A DNA stretch of 64,000 nt from Eledone cirrhosa (lineage: Eukaryota), in assembly GCA_964016885.1 (NCBI GenBank), contig OZ024740.1, forward strand, positions 285,076,001 through 285,140,000, written 5' to 3'. Shown in pieces: positions 41,343 through 53,310 of this stretch. Under the pieces are notes generated by a model that was given only the letters and a program-made list of their open reading frames with translations, ran no database searches and was not told the origin of the DNA. The translations under genes were made by a program, and so were the position numbers. Numbering within the stretch: the stretch's first letter is position 1; each line of letters opens with the position of its first letter.

Positions 41343-41748
41343 TGCCTCTTTAATTATTATACTATTCCCTTGTAATCTCTGTCACATGCATTCCACTCTG
41401 TGCCTCTTTAATTATTATACTATTCCCTTGTAATCTCTGTCACATCCATTCCACTCTGTGCCTCTTTAATTATTATACTATTCCCTTGTAATCTCTGTCA
41501 CATCCATTCCACTCTGTGCCTCTTTAATTATTATACTATTCCCTTGTAATCTCTGTCACATCCATTCCACTCTGTGCCTCTTTAATTATTATACTATTCC
41601 CTTGTAATCTCTGTCACATCCATTCCACTCTGTGCCTCTTTAATTATTATACTATTCCCTTGTAATCTCTGTCACATCCATTCCACTCTGTGCCTCTTTA
41701 ATTATTATACTATTCCCTTGTAATCTCTGTCACATCCATTCCACTCTG
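41343..41748. repeat. 58-bp minisatellite, 7 near-identical copies
   Basis: Unit TGCCTCTTTAATTATTATACTATTCCCTTGTAATCTCTGTCACATCCATTCCACTCTG at 41343, 41401, 41459 ... 41691. Confidence 0.95.
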
Positions 41749-41843
41749 TAAATATGAAACTGTTGATGACAAGATTAATATTCATGTATCTATATGATTG
41801 TTCAGTTGAATATGAAGTTAATTATATGTCCAAACTTTGCTAG

Positions 41844-41890
41844 TGCTCCGATGAATCCAAACGAAAGTTTGGAAGAAACGATTGTCAGCA
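41844..41890 (+). ncRNA. Type I hammerhead ribozyme, U4C core variant
   Basis: TGCT-CCGATGA-A-TCCAAAC(GAAA)GTTTGGA-A-GAAAC(GATT)GTC^AGCA followed by ATAAAA. Confidence 0.75.
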
Positions 41891-41926
41891 ATAAAATGTT
41901 TTGAACATAGTTTTGATAATTGTGTA

Positions 41927-41971
<45 letters not shown>

Positions 41972-42017
41972 AACAAAGTGGAGATGTTACATAGGAGATT
42001 TATTGCTCAACTCAATC

Positions 42018-42106
42018 CTGGTTACAAATGTTTCTCAAGCAGCTGGCTCAATATCTGGGATGCCATGTCCAAACTAGAGTCCAAGTCTGCCTGATCCTCA
42101 GACCAG
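42018..42106 (-). ncRNA. Type I hammerhead ribozyme with extended helix II
   Basis: CTGGT-CTGAGGA-TCAGGCAG(44 nt)CTGCTTGA-GAAAC(ATTT)GTA^ACCAG, followed by AATAAA and a (TA)n tract. Confidence 0.82.
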
Positions 42107-43222
42107 CGTTAACGCAACAAAAATCACATCAAATCTGTGGATGAACCAGCAAAAACACAAACAAGCATATAGAATGACCAAACACAGGCCTAGAATTCAA
42201 CGAATGTACCTATCCCGAGCATCACACACACATACATACATACACACACATATATATATATATATTTTTATATATACAATACATATATATTATTAGTACA
42301 GATTAAAAGTTTAAGCAATGAATTTCTGCTTTCACCCTAAGTGGGCTCATCAGATGATCCTGCTTAGGGTAAAAGCTGAAATTCATTGCTTAAACTTTTA
42401 ATTTGTACTAATAATAAATGTTTGCTCTACGGGTTTATATATACTTATATTTATACAACCCTTATTGAGTCCTCTTTGGATTTTGGTCTTTATTACTATA
42501 TAACTATATAAATATTTTGGTCTTTATTACTATATAACTATATAAATATTTTGGTCTTTATTACTATATAACTATATAAATATAAATATATATATATATT
42601 TTCTCCCAACAAGCAGATTAAAAATGAGAGTAAGTTGAACAATTTTTCACATTTTTTTAATTGTGTTTTGTTTAATATATGCTCTAATACCTGTTATATA
42701 TTTCTCTCTCACTCACCTATTGAAATGTACAAGTTGTGAAATTGACTGGTTTACGCACGTGGCTGGTTGAAATATCTAGAATTCAAACTCTAACCAGTGC
42801 ACTAACTCTATATCGCTGTCTAATCAGCAGTTGACATTTAATGTCCGGAAAGGTTTTAGGCACTACCATTGTTACTGTCGCACTATTTCTCGCCATGGGA
42901 CTTGGAGACGAGAGCCGAATGCTACTATTCTATTGTACAGCGATTGGAGACTGAATTTTTGTAATAACCAATTTTTCACTCACTTGTTACTTTGTGCTTG
43001 AGATACGTTGGCTGGGTGCTTATGGAGGGAGCGGAACTACTTGAATTTCAACTCCTGTGATCACGTAAATTTCTGAATCGGTAGCCAATCGGTGGACGGC
43101 ATTGTATGACGTGTGGAGATTTCAGTAACAAATGTTTTACTTTGTTGGCCATCACATACAGTCATAGCTGACACAGACTGGAATCGAATTCTGTCCATCA
43201 ATTGGTTAGTGATTAGACAAAA

Positions 43223-43333
43223 CCCGTTGATGAAGCCACATGCGCTGATTGTGCATTGTTGCATAATATATGTGGACAGTGGGTGCTGTGCACTTTATTG
43301 CTGCATTAAGTGTGACCGAAACTTGAGTACGGG
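43223..43333 (+). ncRNA. Hammerhead-like motif, C3U variant, long helix II
   Basis: CCCG-TTGATGA-A-GCCACAT(long)GTGTGAC-C-GAAAC(TTGA)GTA^CGGG, about 110 nt before a (TA)n tract. Confidence 0.62.
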
Positions 43334-46300
43334 AATAATTGAAGGTACCCATTTACGTGTGTTGTATTGAAACTCTGGGAGTTTATTTAACATTATCTAC
43401 TGAGTACGCTGAGATGCAGTGAAACCCATGCTAGTTCCGTCAACTTATTATATATATATATATATAGTTCAAGGACACAACAAACAGAGGTACAAAAAGT
43501 CTTGTTAGTTTCACACATCATATGGAAAAAGGGAAAGGAAGTTCGACATGTCGGCTTTAGCCTTTCTTCCAAAGTATAAAAATAGAGACAGGATCACAAA
43601 GGATAGTTACAGTAATATTTGTGAACCAATTTGTAATATATGTATAACTCAATCTTTTCAGATTCACTTACAAATGTAATGGACACAGGCACTTCCTCCA
43701 AACAAAATCAATAAAAAAAATGTTTGGTGGGAAAATATATTTCATCTATAGATATCCTATAATATAGTCCTTTTAAATATTTTTGAATATGTAATATCTT
43801 AATTAATTGTTTTGTTTTGTTGATCCCTCATCTTACAGTCTATTATCTTACAAAAGAAATTACACATTGGACAATGTAGACAATGTAGTCCCTGATATAC
43901 AAAATGATGGGACAGTTACAGCTGAGACACCTTTGATCATAGGCTTGTTTCATCAGAGATGACTTGGGGCTAAACAACAACAATGATAAAATGTTCAAAA
44001 TGAATGATGTATGTAAATTGTCTTTGGTTTTCAACTATATTTTTCAATGTGCACCTTCATCTGAAATATACCTGCAGGCATTGCACATATCTTCCTTTAT
44101 TCACAAAGAAAATCAGATTTGAGAAAAAGAATAAAATAGTTTTTAACCCTTTACTCTATATTTACTATTATATTTTCAGGGTAAAGGCTTATCTCACATA
44201 ATATCAAATCTATGAGATTTTGATATTATTTCATCATCATCATCATCATCATCATCATTATCGTTTAACGTCTATCTTCCACGCTAGCATGGGTTAGACG
44301 GGAATTGTCCCACTTGAGTCAAGATTGATCAAGTGACCATGTGTCACTCGTATACCACTGTATCTGGCAGGTTTTCTATGGCTGGATGCCCTTCCTAACA
44401 TCAACCACATTTACAGTGTGGAATGGGAGCCTTTTTACCGTGTCTCCTACACAACCACTTTACAGCTTGGACTGGGTGCTTTTTGTCGTGACACCTACAC
44501 AACCTCTTTAGTTTGGACTGGATGTTCTGTGGTACCAACATAACTTTACGGAGAAAGGGTGGTTGGGGGAAGTGGGAGGATGGAGAAGGGGTAGTGGGTT
44601 GGGTGTACATTTGGTTAAGAGGTGCCTACTGACTGTAGGTTTAAGGTCTCGATGAGTGACATTGTCTTAGAGAGGTGTAAGTGTGCAAGGTCAGATTTTA
44701 TCCCGGGTTTTTCTGGGTTTACCTACTCCATAAATTCCATCAATTTTGAGAAAAATACATTAACATCAGTATGAGCGGTCGGTTACAGGCAGTTTGAACA
44801 GAAAGAGATGTGAGAATTCTGGCTGGATATGACAGGTTTAAATGCTAAAGGGTTAATGGTTGGTGTTATTTGTTTATCTTTGCTGGATCTTTGGTGCATC
44901 CCCCCCTCCCCACAAACCTATTATAAGGCATAATGGGTAGGGGATCAACTGACCACAGTGAACCCCTACAAATGTAATATGAGGTGCTGTAACCTCATTC
45001 CCCCTGCACCCAGAAAATTTGTTAATTAGATTATTTTCAATGGTATTTGAGCACATGCTTTCTCTGAGAGACAATATTTAATATTTAGTATTTAAATAGC
45101 TGATATTACCGATAATAATGATTATTTCTTTATTAAATAATAATAATGGTTTCTTATATAGGCACAAGGCCAGCAATTTTGGGGGAAGGGAAAATCGATC
45201 AAATCGACCCCCAGTGCGTGACTGGTACTTTATTTTATCAACTCCATAAGGATGAAAGGCAAAGTTAACCTTGGTGGGATTTGAACTCAGATCATAAAGG
45301 GCTGTTAAATCGACCCCAGTGCATTATTGGTGCTTAATTTTATCGACCCTTTAAGGATGAAAGGCAAAGCTAACCTTGGCGGGATTTGAACTAAGAATGT
45401 AAAGGGCCGTAACTCCATGCCACAAAACAGGGTGTCCAACGCTCTACTGCTACTGCCAATCAACTCCAATACTTAACTAGTACTTTTATTTTATGGACCC
45501 TAGAAGGATAGCTGGCAAAACTGACATCAGTGGAATTTGAACTCAGAATATAAAGAGCCATAACTAAATGCCACAAAGCATTTTATCTAATGTTCTAATG
45601 ATTCTGCCAATCCACCACATCTAAATGAAAAATGATGGGCACTTGCAGATAGTAAGTCTCATACTGGAACAATGGCATTGTGAATGTTGCAATCATCATT
45701 ATGAAGGCCTGACCCAGAGCTGGCAAACTGATTTATGCCTCCTAATAGATGCCCATCTAAAAATAAACCTTTAGATTTTCGGATTGAGCAAGAAGCTAAC
45801 AGCCTTTTCTGATCTAGCATGCTGCAAAAGCCATCCAAAAATAGCAGAGAACATGGAAAACATAGACAGACCAATATGTTGTAAGTATATGTGTGTGTGT
45901 GTGTGTGTGTGTGTTCTTTTGTTTTATTGATAGCAAGACCACAACGTTATCAGAAGAAATAGTCCACTGAAGAATAAACTTGACATTTATGTGAAAGTGC
46001 TGCTGGAAAATATCAGCTGCTGAGATCAAATTTAACCCTTTCATTACCAATATTCTAGGAAAAAGACACTGCTTATAATTTTCAAATCCTTTTGAAACTA
46101 AAATTTTGGAGGATTTAGTAGTATAACTAACTTTCTCAATGTTAAGCTGATATTTGGAATATAACTTTAAAGTGTTCTTACATAAAATTATGATGAAATG
46201 TGTTACAGTAAATATAAACATTTCAAAATAAATAACTCAGTATCACAGAACCATGAATGGTTTCAAATGGTTTGGTATCAAAAGGGTTAGTATTGATTTG

Positions 46301-47293
46301 TTTCTTACAAAAGCACTAAGACAATTTTGTAGTCACTCAACCTGCTAGAAATAGTTGAACCACATATTACCATCTTAAAATGGCAGGACACAAGATAATA
46401 TAGTGGGAAATATACTGTCTGTAAAAAATAAAAAAATAATTGTTTCTACATTTGGCACAAGGCCAGCAATTATCCAGTGCATTACTGGTACTTTATTTTA
46501 TCGACCTCGTAAGGATGAAAGGCAAAGTTGACCTCAGCAGGAATTGAACTCAGGCTGTAAAGGGCCGTAACTCTAATAATGGTGAAAAGATAGGATCATC
46601 ATAGTTGGGTTGTTTTTGATCATAGTTCTGCTTGATCAGAGTTGACAGGGAGTTGAATAACAACACACACACATCTATTGATTCTCTGAAATAAATTCTT
46701 CAGGTTGTTATTACTTGTCAAATACATTAACCCCTTAGCATTTAAGCCAGCTGTATCCGGCCAGAATTCTCTCATCTTTTTCTGTTCAAACAAGCTGTAA
46801 CCAGCCACTCATATTGATGTTAAGGTATTTTAGCCAAAATAAATAATATCAAAATCTCATAGATTCGATATTATGTGAGATAAAGCCTTTACCATGAAAA
46901 TATAGAGTAATGTAAATACTAAAGGGTTAATACTTCGTCAATCCAATAAAAGAACTGCTATGTAGTTGCTCAAGCTGCTAAAGAATAAAAGCCAAATCTC
47001 CTTCAAATCACATACTGCCATCTTGAAAAAAAAAAAAAAAAAAAGAAACTACACATTGGATAATGTAATCCTAGATACACCTTGATAGAAGACACGTTTG
47101 GATATTCATGGCTGAAATGTTATTGATCATGAATCTTCTCAACCACAGCTGACCTAGGGCTGATTATTAAAAAAAAAAAAAAAAAAAAAAATGTAGAATT
47201 TGTATATTGGCATAAGGCCACAAAATTTAGTATGTTATAACTGATTTATTTGACCCTAATATGTGACTGGTACATATGTTATTGACTCTAGAA

Positions 47294-47800
47294 CAGGGGT
47301 CGGCAACCTTTTGGAGACAGAGGGCCAAACAGCTATGCAGTGTCATGGAGGAGGGCCATGTTATTAAATATGTAAATAAATTTTCTGGAGGTTTAAAGCA
47401 AAACAAGGAATTTAATATAATTTTATTTTAACAAGGCCCCTTATTTTACTGCAGGAATAACAAAAAAAAAAAAAGAAAAAAGAACTCAAACACATTCAAC
47501 AAAAAAAAAAAGCAAATTCCTTATTTTACTGCAGGAATAACAGAAAAACAACTACTATCACAATCAACAAAAAGAAAAGCAAATTCCTTGCTACAAACAA
47601 AATACAGTTAGAAATGGCAAATGATTTAATGTAACACTTGTTTCTGCTTATTGTGCGACATCTTCTCCGCATCAGGTGAAATATTTGACAGAGCTCTGTT
47701 TCATACTATTTGGTACTTATCAAAGCTAAGTACTCCACCTGTCCGCTGAAAATCATGAATGTTTGATTCTTATAGAATTCTAGTAATAATCAGGAACTGA
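47294..47800 (+). mobile_element. hAT (Charlie-like) element left end
   Basis: CAGGGGTCGGCAACC terminus preceded by CTCTAGAA, the Charlie-type NTCTAGAN target. No right end seen; the extent is approximate. Confidence 0.5.
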
Positions 47801-47984
47801 TTATACAGAGCGGTTGCCGGTCAAGCAGAAATTGAAAATTAGAATTTAAAGTAAGTGAGACCGTCACTACTCTAAAACAATAGCGTAAGGTCTTCAAAAT
47901 GCTTTTAATTAAGCATACAGTGTATTGCAAAATACACTATATATATATTCATATATATATCGCTATTTCAGAGCACCAATTCTA

Positions 47985-48019
<35 letters not shown>

Positions 48020-48421
48020 TATATATAGGAGGCACATGGCTTAGTGGTTAGAGCATTGGTCTTGCAATCGAAAGGTTGTGAGTTTAATTCTTAGACCGGG
48101 TGATGTGTTTTTTCTTTGAGCAAGACACTTTATTTCACATTGCTCCAGTTTACTCAGCTGTAGAAATGAGATGATAGGGACTGGGGTCCATATCATTCCA
48201 TTGCAAAGTGGTCATGGAGGTGCCACGGCAAAAAAGCACCCAGCACTCACTGTAAATGAGGTTGGTGTTAGGGAGGGCATCCAGCTGTAGAAATCAAGCC
48301 AGAATCAGTTCCCGTCCCACCCTTGCAAGCAGGAAAAAGCGGACGTAAAATGATGATGATGATGATATATATATATATATATACGTATGTATTTATATAT
48401 ATATATATAAATACGTATGTA

Positions 48422-48459
<38 letters not shown>

Positions 48460-48493
48460 CATACAGCGAGTTATGTATATATATATATATATA

Positions 48494-48681
48494 TAGGAGA
48501 AAGTGTTTAACCCCGACGGCAGAGCTCAAGTCGTTTCGACGGCTCCAGAAATGGCCGTCGAAACGACTTGAGCTCTGCCGTTGGGGTTAAACACTTTCTC
48601 CTATTACCCACTCTACTACTACCCTAAGTATTGAGTACTCTGGTGCATTATGGTCCATCTGCTTCCTTACCACACTTCCTT

Positions 48682-48686
<5 letters not shown>
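48494..48686 (+). mobile_element. Hairpin element family A, copy 2
   Basis: ~50-bp stem 48494-48603 followed by TTACCCACTCTACTAC..TATTGAGTACTCTGGTGCATTATGGTCC..CTTACCACAC, with (TA)n on both sides. Confidence 0.75.
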
Positions 48687-48736
<50 letters not shown>

Positions 48737-49226
48737 CATACATATATATATCTGATGAAAGCACACCATAATCCATTTGTTAATATATTGTATATTTACT
48801 CCAATAATTTGTTGAGTGCTTTATATCAGTTATAAAAAATATTTTGCTTGTTGTATCCCAACAAATTAAATATAACCTAACCTCTACATATATATATATA
48901 TATATATGTAGTTATGTAATAAACAACATAATTTCATTTACCAGTGGTTTCTTAAAAGCAAAAAAAAAAAATCTTGCTTTCAATCATCAGAACGAAAAAA
49001 TCCTGGTGTAATCCAACATCAATAAATACACCAGAAATTTTTCGTTCTGATGATTGAAAGCAAGATTTTTTTTTTTTTGCTTTTAAGAAACCACTCGTAA
49101 ATGAAATAATTGCCTTATGTTGTTTATTACATAACTATTAAGCTCTGTTACCTACATAGAGCACTCTTTTTTCCTGGACTTTTCCGACGGAATTACTTCA
49201 TTTATTCACACACATATATATATGTA

Positions 49227-49498
49227 TATATAATAGAAAAAACGAGGAAGTTTTGTTTACATATGAAAAATATTTATTGCGTATCGACTTGTTATGTGTG
49301 TTTCGCAGAGGATTGACTCAAGGTGACCCATAGGAGTTATGGAGCTGACTGCAGTATCGATCTGCTCCTCAGACTGGTGATGTGACAAATGATATATTTT
49401 TGTAAACGAAACTTCCTCGTTTTTTCTATTATATACACTCTTCCTGTGCATAGAGTGCTTGATTTGGTACCAACATCAGTACTTCACCGTACTACCTA

Positions 49499-49500
<2 letters not shown>
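49227..49500. mobile_element. Fold-back element with ~35-bp inverted arms enclosing a truncated hammerhead
   Basis: Arms TATATAATAGAAAAAACGAGGAAGTTT..TTTACA and its reverse complement (to 49435). Minus strand 49286-49372 reads CTGAGGA-GCAGA..TCTGC-GAAAC..GTC, but helix I is unpaired. Confidence 0.6.
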
Positions 49501-49545
<45 letters not shown>

Positions 49546-49624
49546 TGCATGTACCCCCCCCCCCCCCCCTTGTAATGTATTGTGACTGTGTTTGTGAATA
49601 AATTGTAAATATATTTACATGCTT

Positions 49625-50340
49625 TATCATCATCCTCATCATCATCGTTTTACGTCTGTTCTTCCACGCTAGCATGGGTTAGACGGGTTGTCCTGTTGTG
49701 GGCAGTGTCCAGTCGACTGACCTTGTCTTGCTCATACAGGTACTGATTCTGGCTTGATTTCTAGAGCTGGATGCCCTTCCTAATACCAACCTCATTTACA
49801 GTGAGTGCTGGGTGCTTTTTTCCGTAGCGCCTACACGTCCACTTTACAGTGTGGGCTGGGTGCTTTTTTCCGTAGCGCCTACACATCCACTTTGCAGTGG
49901 GAGGGGGTAGGGGCATATTGTCTATATACTTCAGCTTCGGCTTGTTCCTGTGAGGGGGTCGAGTCTTCTGTATTACTGCGTGACGCCAGAGGTCACGGTC
50001 ATGTGTCATTGCTCTTGAGAGGTGCAATTGTGTAAGGTCGGCCTTTATCACCTCATCCGAGGTCTTCTTGGATCTCCCCACTCCGCGGCTTCCATCGACT
50101 TCTAGTGCTCTGTACCTTTTTATGCAGCTGTCATATGTCCATACCAACGTAACCTCCTCTCCTGCACACAGCATTTGATTCCTCTGATGCTCAGTCTCTC
50201 TCTCGATTCGTTTATACTTTGCCGTTCGCGTATATTACTATTATACATCCATCGGAGCATGCAGGCTTTGTCTCTTTCTAATCTGCGCAAGTCTTCTACA
50301 GACAGCGCCCAGGTTTCACTTCCATGTAACATTTCTGTGC
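49625..50340 (-). mobile_element. RTE 3' end including 3' UTR (similar pieces at 25390-26080, 58945-59485 minus; 60445-61200 plus)
   Basis: MLHGSETWALSVEDLRRLER, RRLRWYGH, GVGR.KKTWDE, running into the same tail sequence that ends the CORE-like SINE. Confidence 0.8.
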
Positions 50341-51381
50341 GTATACACGCAATGTTTAATAAACATATATTTAGCCACATTGTGAAAATAGATGTATTGC
50401 ACGCTCTCTGCAAGTTAACCACAAACGTGCTGTCTTCAGTTTATACGTATCACCGATTAATGTACTGATATGCACAAATGAACAAAGGTTATACTTGCTG
50501 ATCATCACATTTTTCATAAGTAGTTGTAAGCCTCTCTCACTCTCTTTCTCTCTCACTCTCTCTCACTCTCTCTCTCTCTCTCTCTCAGTGTAGAACAAAT
50601 AAAGTCAAATGCTTAATAAACTGGTAAAGACCAGGTAAAACAAGTCCATCCTGCAAAGAGAACCTTCTTTTGGTGTTATAAGCATAAATATATGTAATCT
50701 AAAATGCACATATGCACATAACACTGAAAGAAAAAAATACTGGTGAATATACTGGTTTTGCTCAGTATATAAACATTAGTAAAGCAAAATAGAAGTGGGC
50801 AAGACACATTACCAGAATGACTGACAACAGATAGACCACTCTCGTCACCTTCTGGACCCCACGAGGTCACAGAAGAAACTGAAGCCACCAGAAGACCAGG
50901 TGGCAAGACAACCTCGAGAGAATTGAAAACTTTTGACCAAGAATGGCTCAAGACAAAGATTTTACAGCTCAAGGAAGGCCTTTGTCCAGCAATGGACTTT
51001 CTAGGGCTGAAGATGATGATTAAAATATCTCCAAAATACAAACAGAATCAAAATGAAATTGTTCACTCACTAAAAGATAAAATTATAGAAATGCACATAA
51101 AAATTTGATTCCTAATTTGATAAAATTTGCATAAAAATGCACATAAAAATTTGATTCCTAAAATAAATAAGAATTATTGATTCCCATTTATACTGGTAGT
51201 GACATAGGCACTTGGCTAAATGACATAATGTCTAAACATCAAAGCAATGCAGTCATTTCATATGTATACTGCAGTGATGGCTGGAGTTCATTCTCACCAG
51301 AACATGAAAGTGTTAGAAACAAATGAGGAGGAAAGAACTTCATATCTAAAACAGGAACTACTACTCACATGTAAAAAAAAT

Positions 51382-51421
<40 letters not shown>

Positions 51422-51694
51422 AGAATGAAACGAAATTTCATTTCTCACTCTTAGTATGGCACTTACTTAAATGTAAGTATGTATGTATGTATACGTACAT
51501 ACATATATGTATACAGACGTACAGTAGTATGTATATATATACATACATGCACACATATATATATGCACGTATCAGTTTACCGAACATTTATTATAATGCT
51601 CGGTTTGTTCGTTTGTAAACAAACAAACAGCCTGAATTACGCCATACAGTGTTTAGACAACCACGTCACCTTTTTGTTCAACACTGACACAGGA

Positions 51695-51737
51695 ACGATG
51701 TACTAGTTTCAAGCTTATTAGCTATCATCAGCATCGT
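51695..51737 (-). ncRNA. Type I hammerhead ribozyme
   Basis: ACGATG-CTGATGA-T-AGCT(AATA)AGCT-T-GAAAC(TA)GTA^CATCGT: 6-bp helix I, GUA triplet. Confidence 0.85.
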
Positions 51738-51896
51738 ATACCTTCCTGCCAGATGGTTGAACGTCTGAAAGTATATACGTTTTCGGTGCGCCCAGCCGAC
51801 TGATCTCACTCGATATGCAAATTAGGCTGCTCAGCCGTTAATATGCATAAGGAAAGTATATACTTTCAGACGTTCAACCATCTGACAGGAAGGTAT

Positions 51897-51939
51897 ACGA
51901 TGCTGACGATAGCTAATAAGCTTGAAACTAGTACATCGT
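51897..51939 (+). ncRNA. Type I hammerhead ribozyme (inverted partner, CUGACGA core)
   Basis: acgatg ctgacga tagct aata agctt gaaac ta gta catcgt; differs from the left copy only at the free N7 position. Confidence 0.85.
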
Positions 51940-52598
51940 TCCTGTGTCAGTGTTGAACAAAAAGCTGACGTGGTTGCCGAAACACTGTACGGCGTAATTC
52001 GGGCTGTTTGTTTGTTTACAAACAAACAAACCGAGCATTATAATAAATGTTCGGTAAACCGATACGTGCATATATATATGTGTGCATGTATGTATATATA
52101 CACATGCTACTGTACGTCTATATACATATATGTATGTACATATACATACATACATACTTACATATATATATATATATATATACACACACGCACACATATA
52201 TATTTGTTAACAAAGCTAGTGGAAGAAATATCATTATCATCGTCACTATTTAACTTGGTTAGATGGGTTATCACATTATACTGTTAGACAGGTCAGATGA
52301 GTATCTTGCACATACAATCAATTTTGGGCTTATTTTCTATGGTTGGATGCTTTTCCTAATGCCAACCAATTTACAGGGTTGACTGGGTGCTTTTTTTGTC
52401 ATGGCACCAGCACAACCATTCTACAAGGTTGACTGCATATATATGTGTGTGTGTGTTTGTGTGTGTGTATTTATGTAGATACAATAAACATCCGTAGATG
52501 TGAAAAAGGAAAACAGTGCTAAATCAGGTATGAGAGCTGATATATTATATTATTTATGAACATAAATAAATAATATAAAACTATATATATCTATCTAT

Positions 52599-52834
52599 CT
52601 AGGGCAGGTAAAATTCCCGAGATCCATAGACGAGTTCTCTCCAGCGGCCTCTGTCCCTCATCATTGCCGCAATGTCCTGTGTCTCTAAGAGATCAGTGTC
52701 TGTCCTTAGGGCATCAATATATGTCAACCTCGGTCTCCCTTTTCTAGTGTGTCCGTGCAGGGGCTCCCACAGGAGCACTGAGTGCAGTGTCAACTCTGGA
52801 TGTTGGTGAGCATGTCCAGCTAACCTCAGTCTCC
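52599..52834 (-). mobile_element. RTE-X/RTE-like LINE 3' end (second copy 37830-38100; other RTE-like scraps at 15400-15610, 19545-19910, 28175-28920, 50790-51020)
   Basis: RRLRLAGHAHQHPELTLHSVLLWEPLHGHTRKGRPRLTYID, ending in an ATAG-repeat tail. Confidence 0.75.
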
Positions 52835-52998
52835 GAAGGAAATGTGGTAAGGAACCAGGTGGACCATAACGCACCAAAGTACTCAATACTTGAGGTAGTA
52901 GAGTGGGTAATAGGAACCAGTAAGACCCCGACAGCTGAGCTCAAGCCGTTTCGTCGAAACGGCTTGAGCTCAGCTGTCGGGGTCTTACTGGTTCCTAT
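52835..52998 (-). mobile_element. Hairpin element family A, copy 3 (perfect 44-bp stem, half-hammerhead)
   Basis: 52910-52998 is a perfect palindrome with a 1-nt loop. Each arm reads GAAAC-GGC..GCT-GTC-GGGG. It shares its ~75-bp flank with 22396 and 48604. Confidence 0.75.
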
Positions 52999-53310
52999 AT
53001 ATATATATATATATATATATAAAAACAAATAACGAAACGAAATTAAATTTCGTTTCGCTTCTAACTCACTTTTGTATGACTGACGCTTAAACAATTAAGT
53101 TAAAGTGTACATCTACATATGTATACGGAAGTATTAGTATGCATATAAATACACACATGTATACATATGTATATGTACTGAGTTTTTCACTAGACACTTT
53201 ACAGTGAGTGTCAGCTAGTCTGTATGTAACCACACAGACGGACCGGGTTTTAGAGTCATACGAGTTTTCAAGGAAACACATTTCCTCTATTCTGCAGAGG
53301 GCCAGACAGG

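Larger units (their letters stand above)
51418..52163. mobile_element. Fold-back Penelope-type/retrozyme-like element (~310-bp inverted arms, ~70-bp spacer) between (TA)n tracts
   Basis: Arms 51471-51783 and 51853-52163 are reverse complements with scattered mismatches. Only the left arm keeps the terminal GAAACGAAATTTC..CTCACT..GTATG block also seen at 53021-53090. Confidence 0.8.

Noticed and set aside
41343-41748. CRISPR-like array (also 10640-11060)
   Set aside because: Contiguous tandem units without unique spacers, no cas genes, eukaryotic context.
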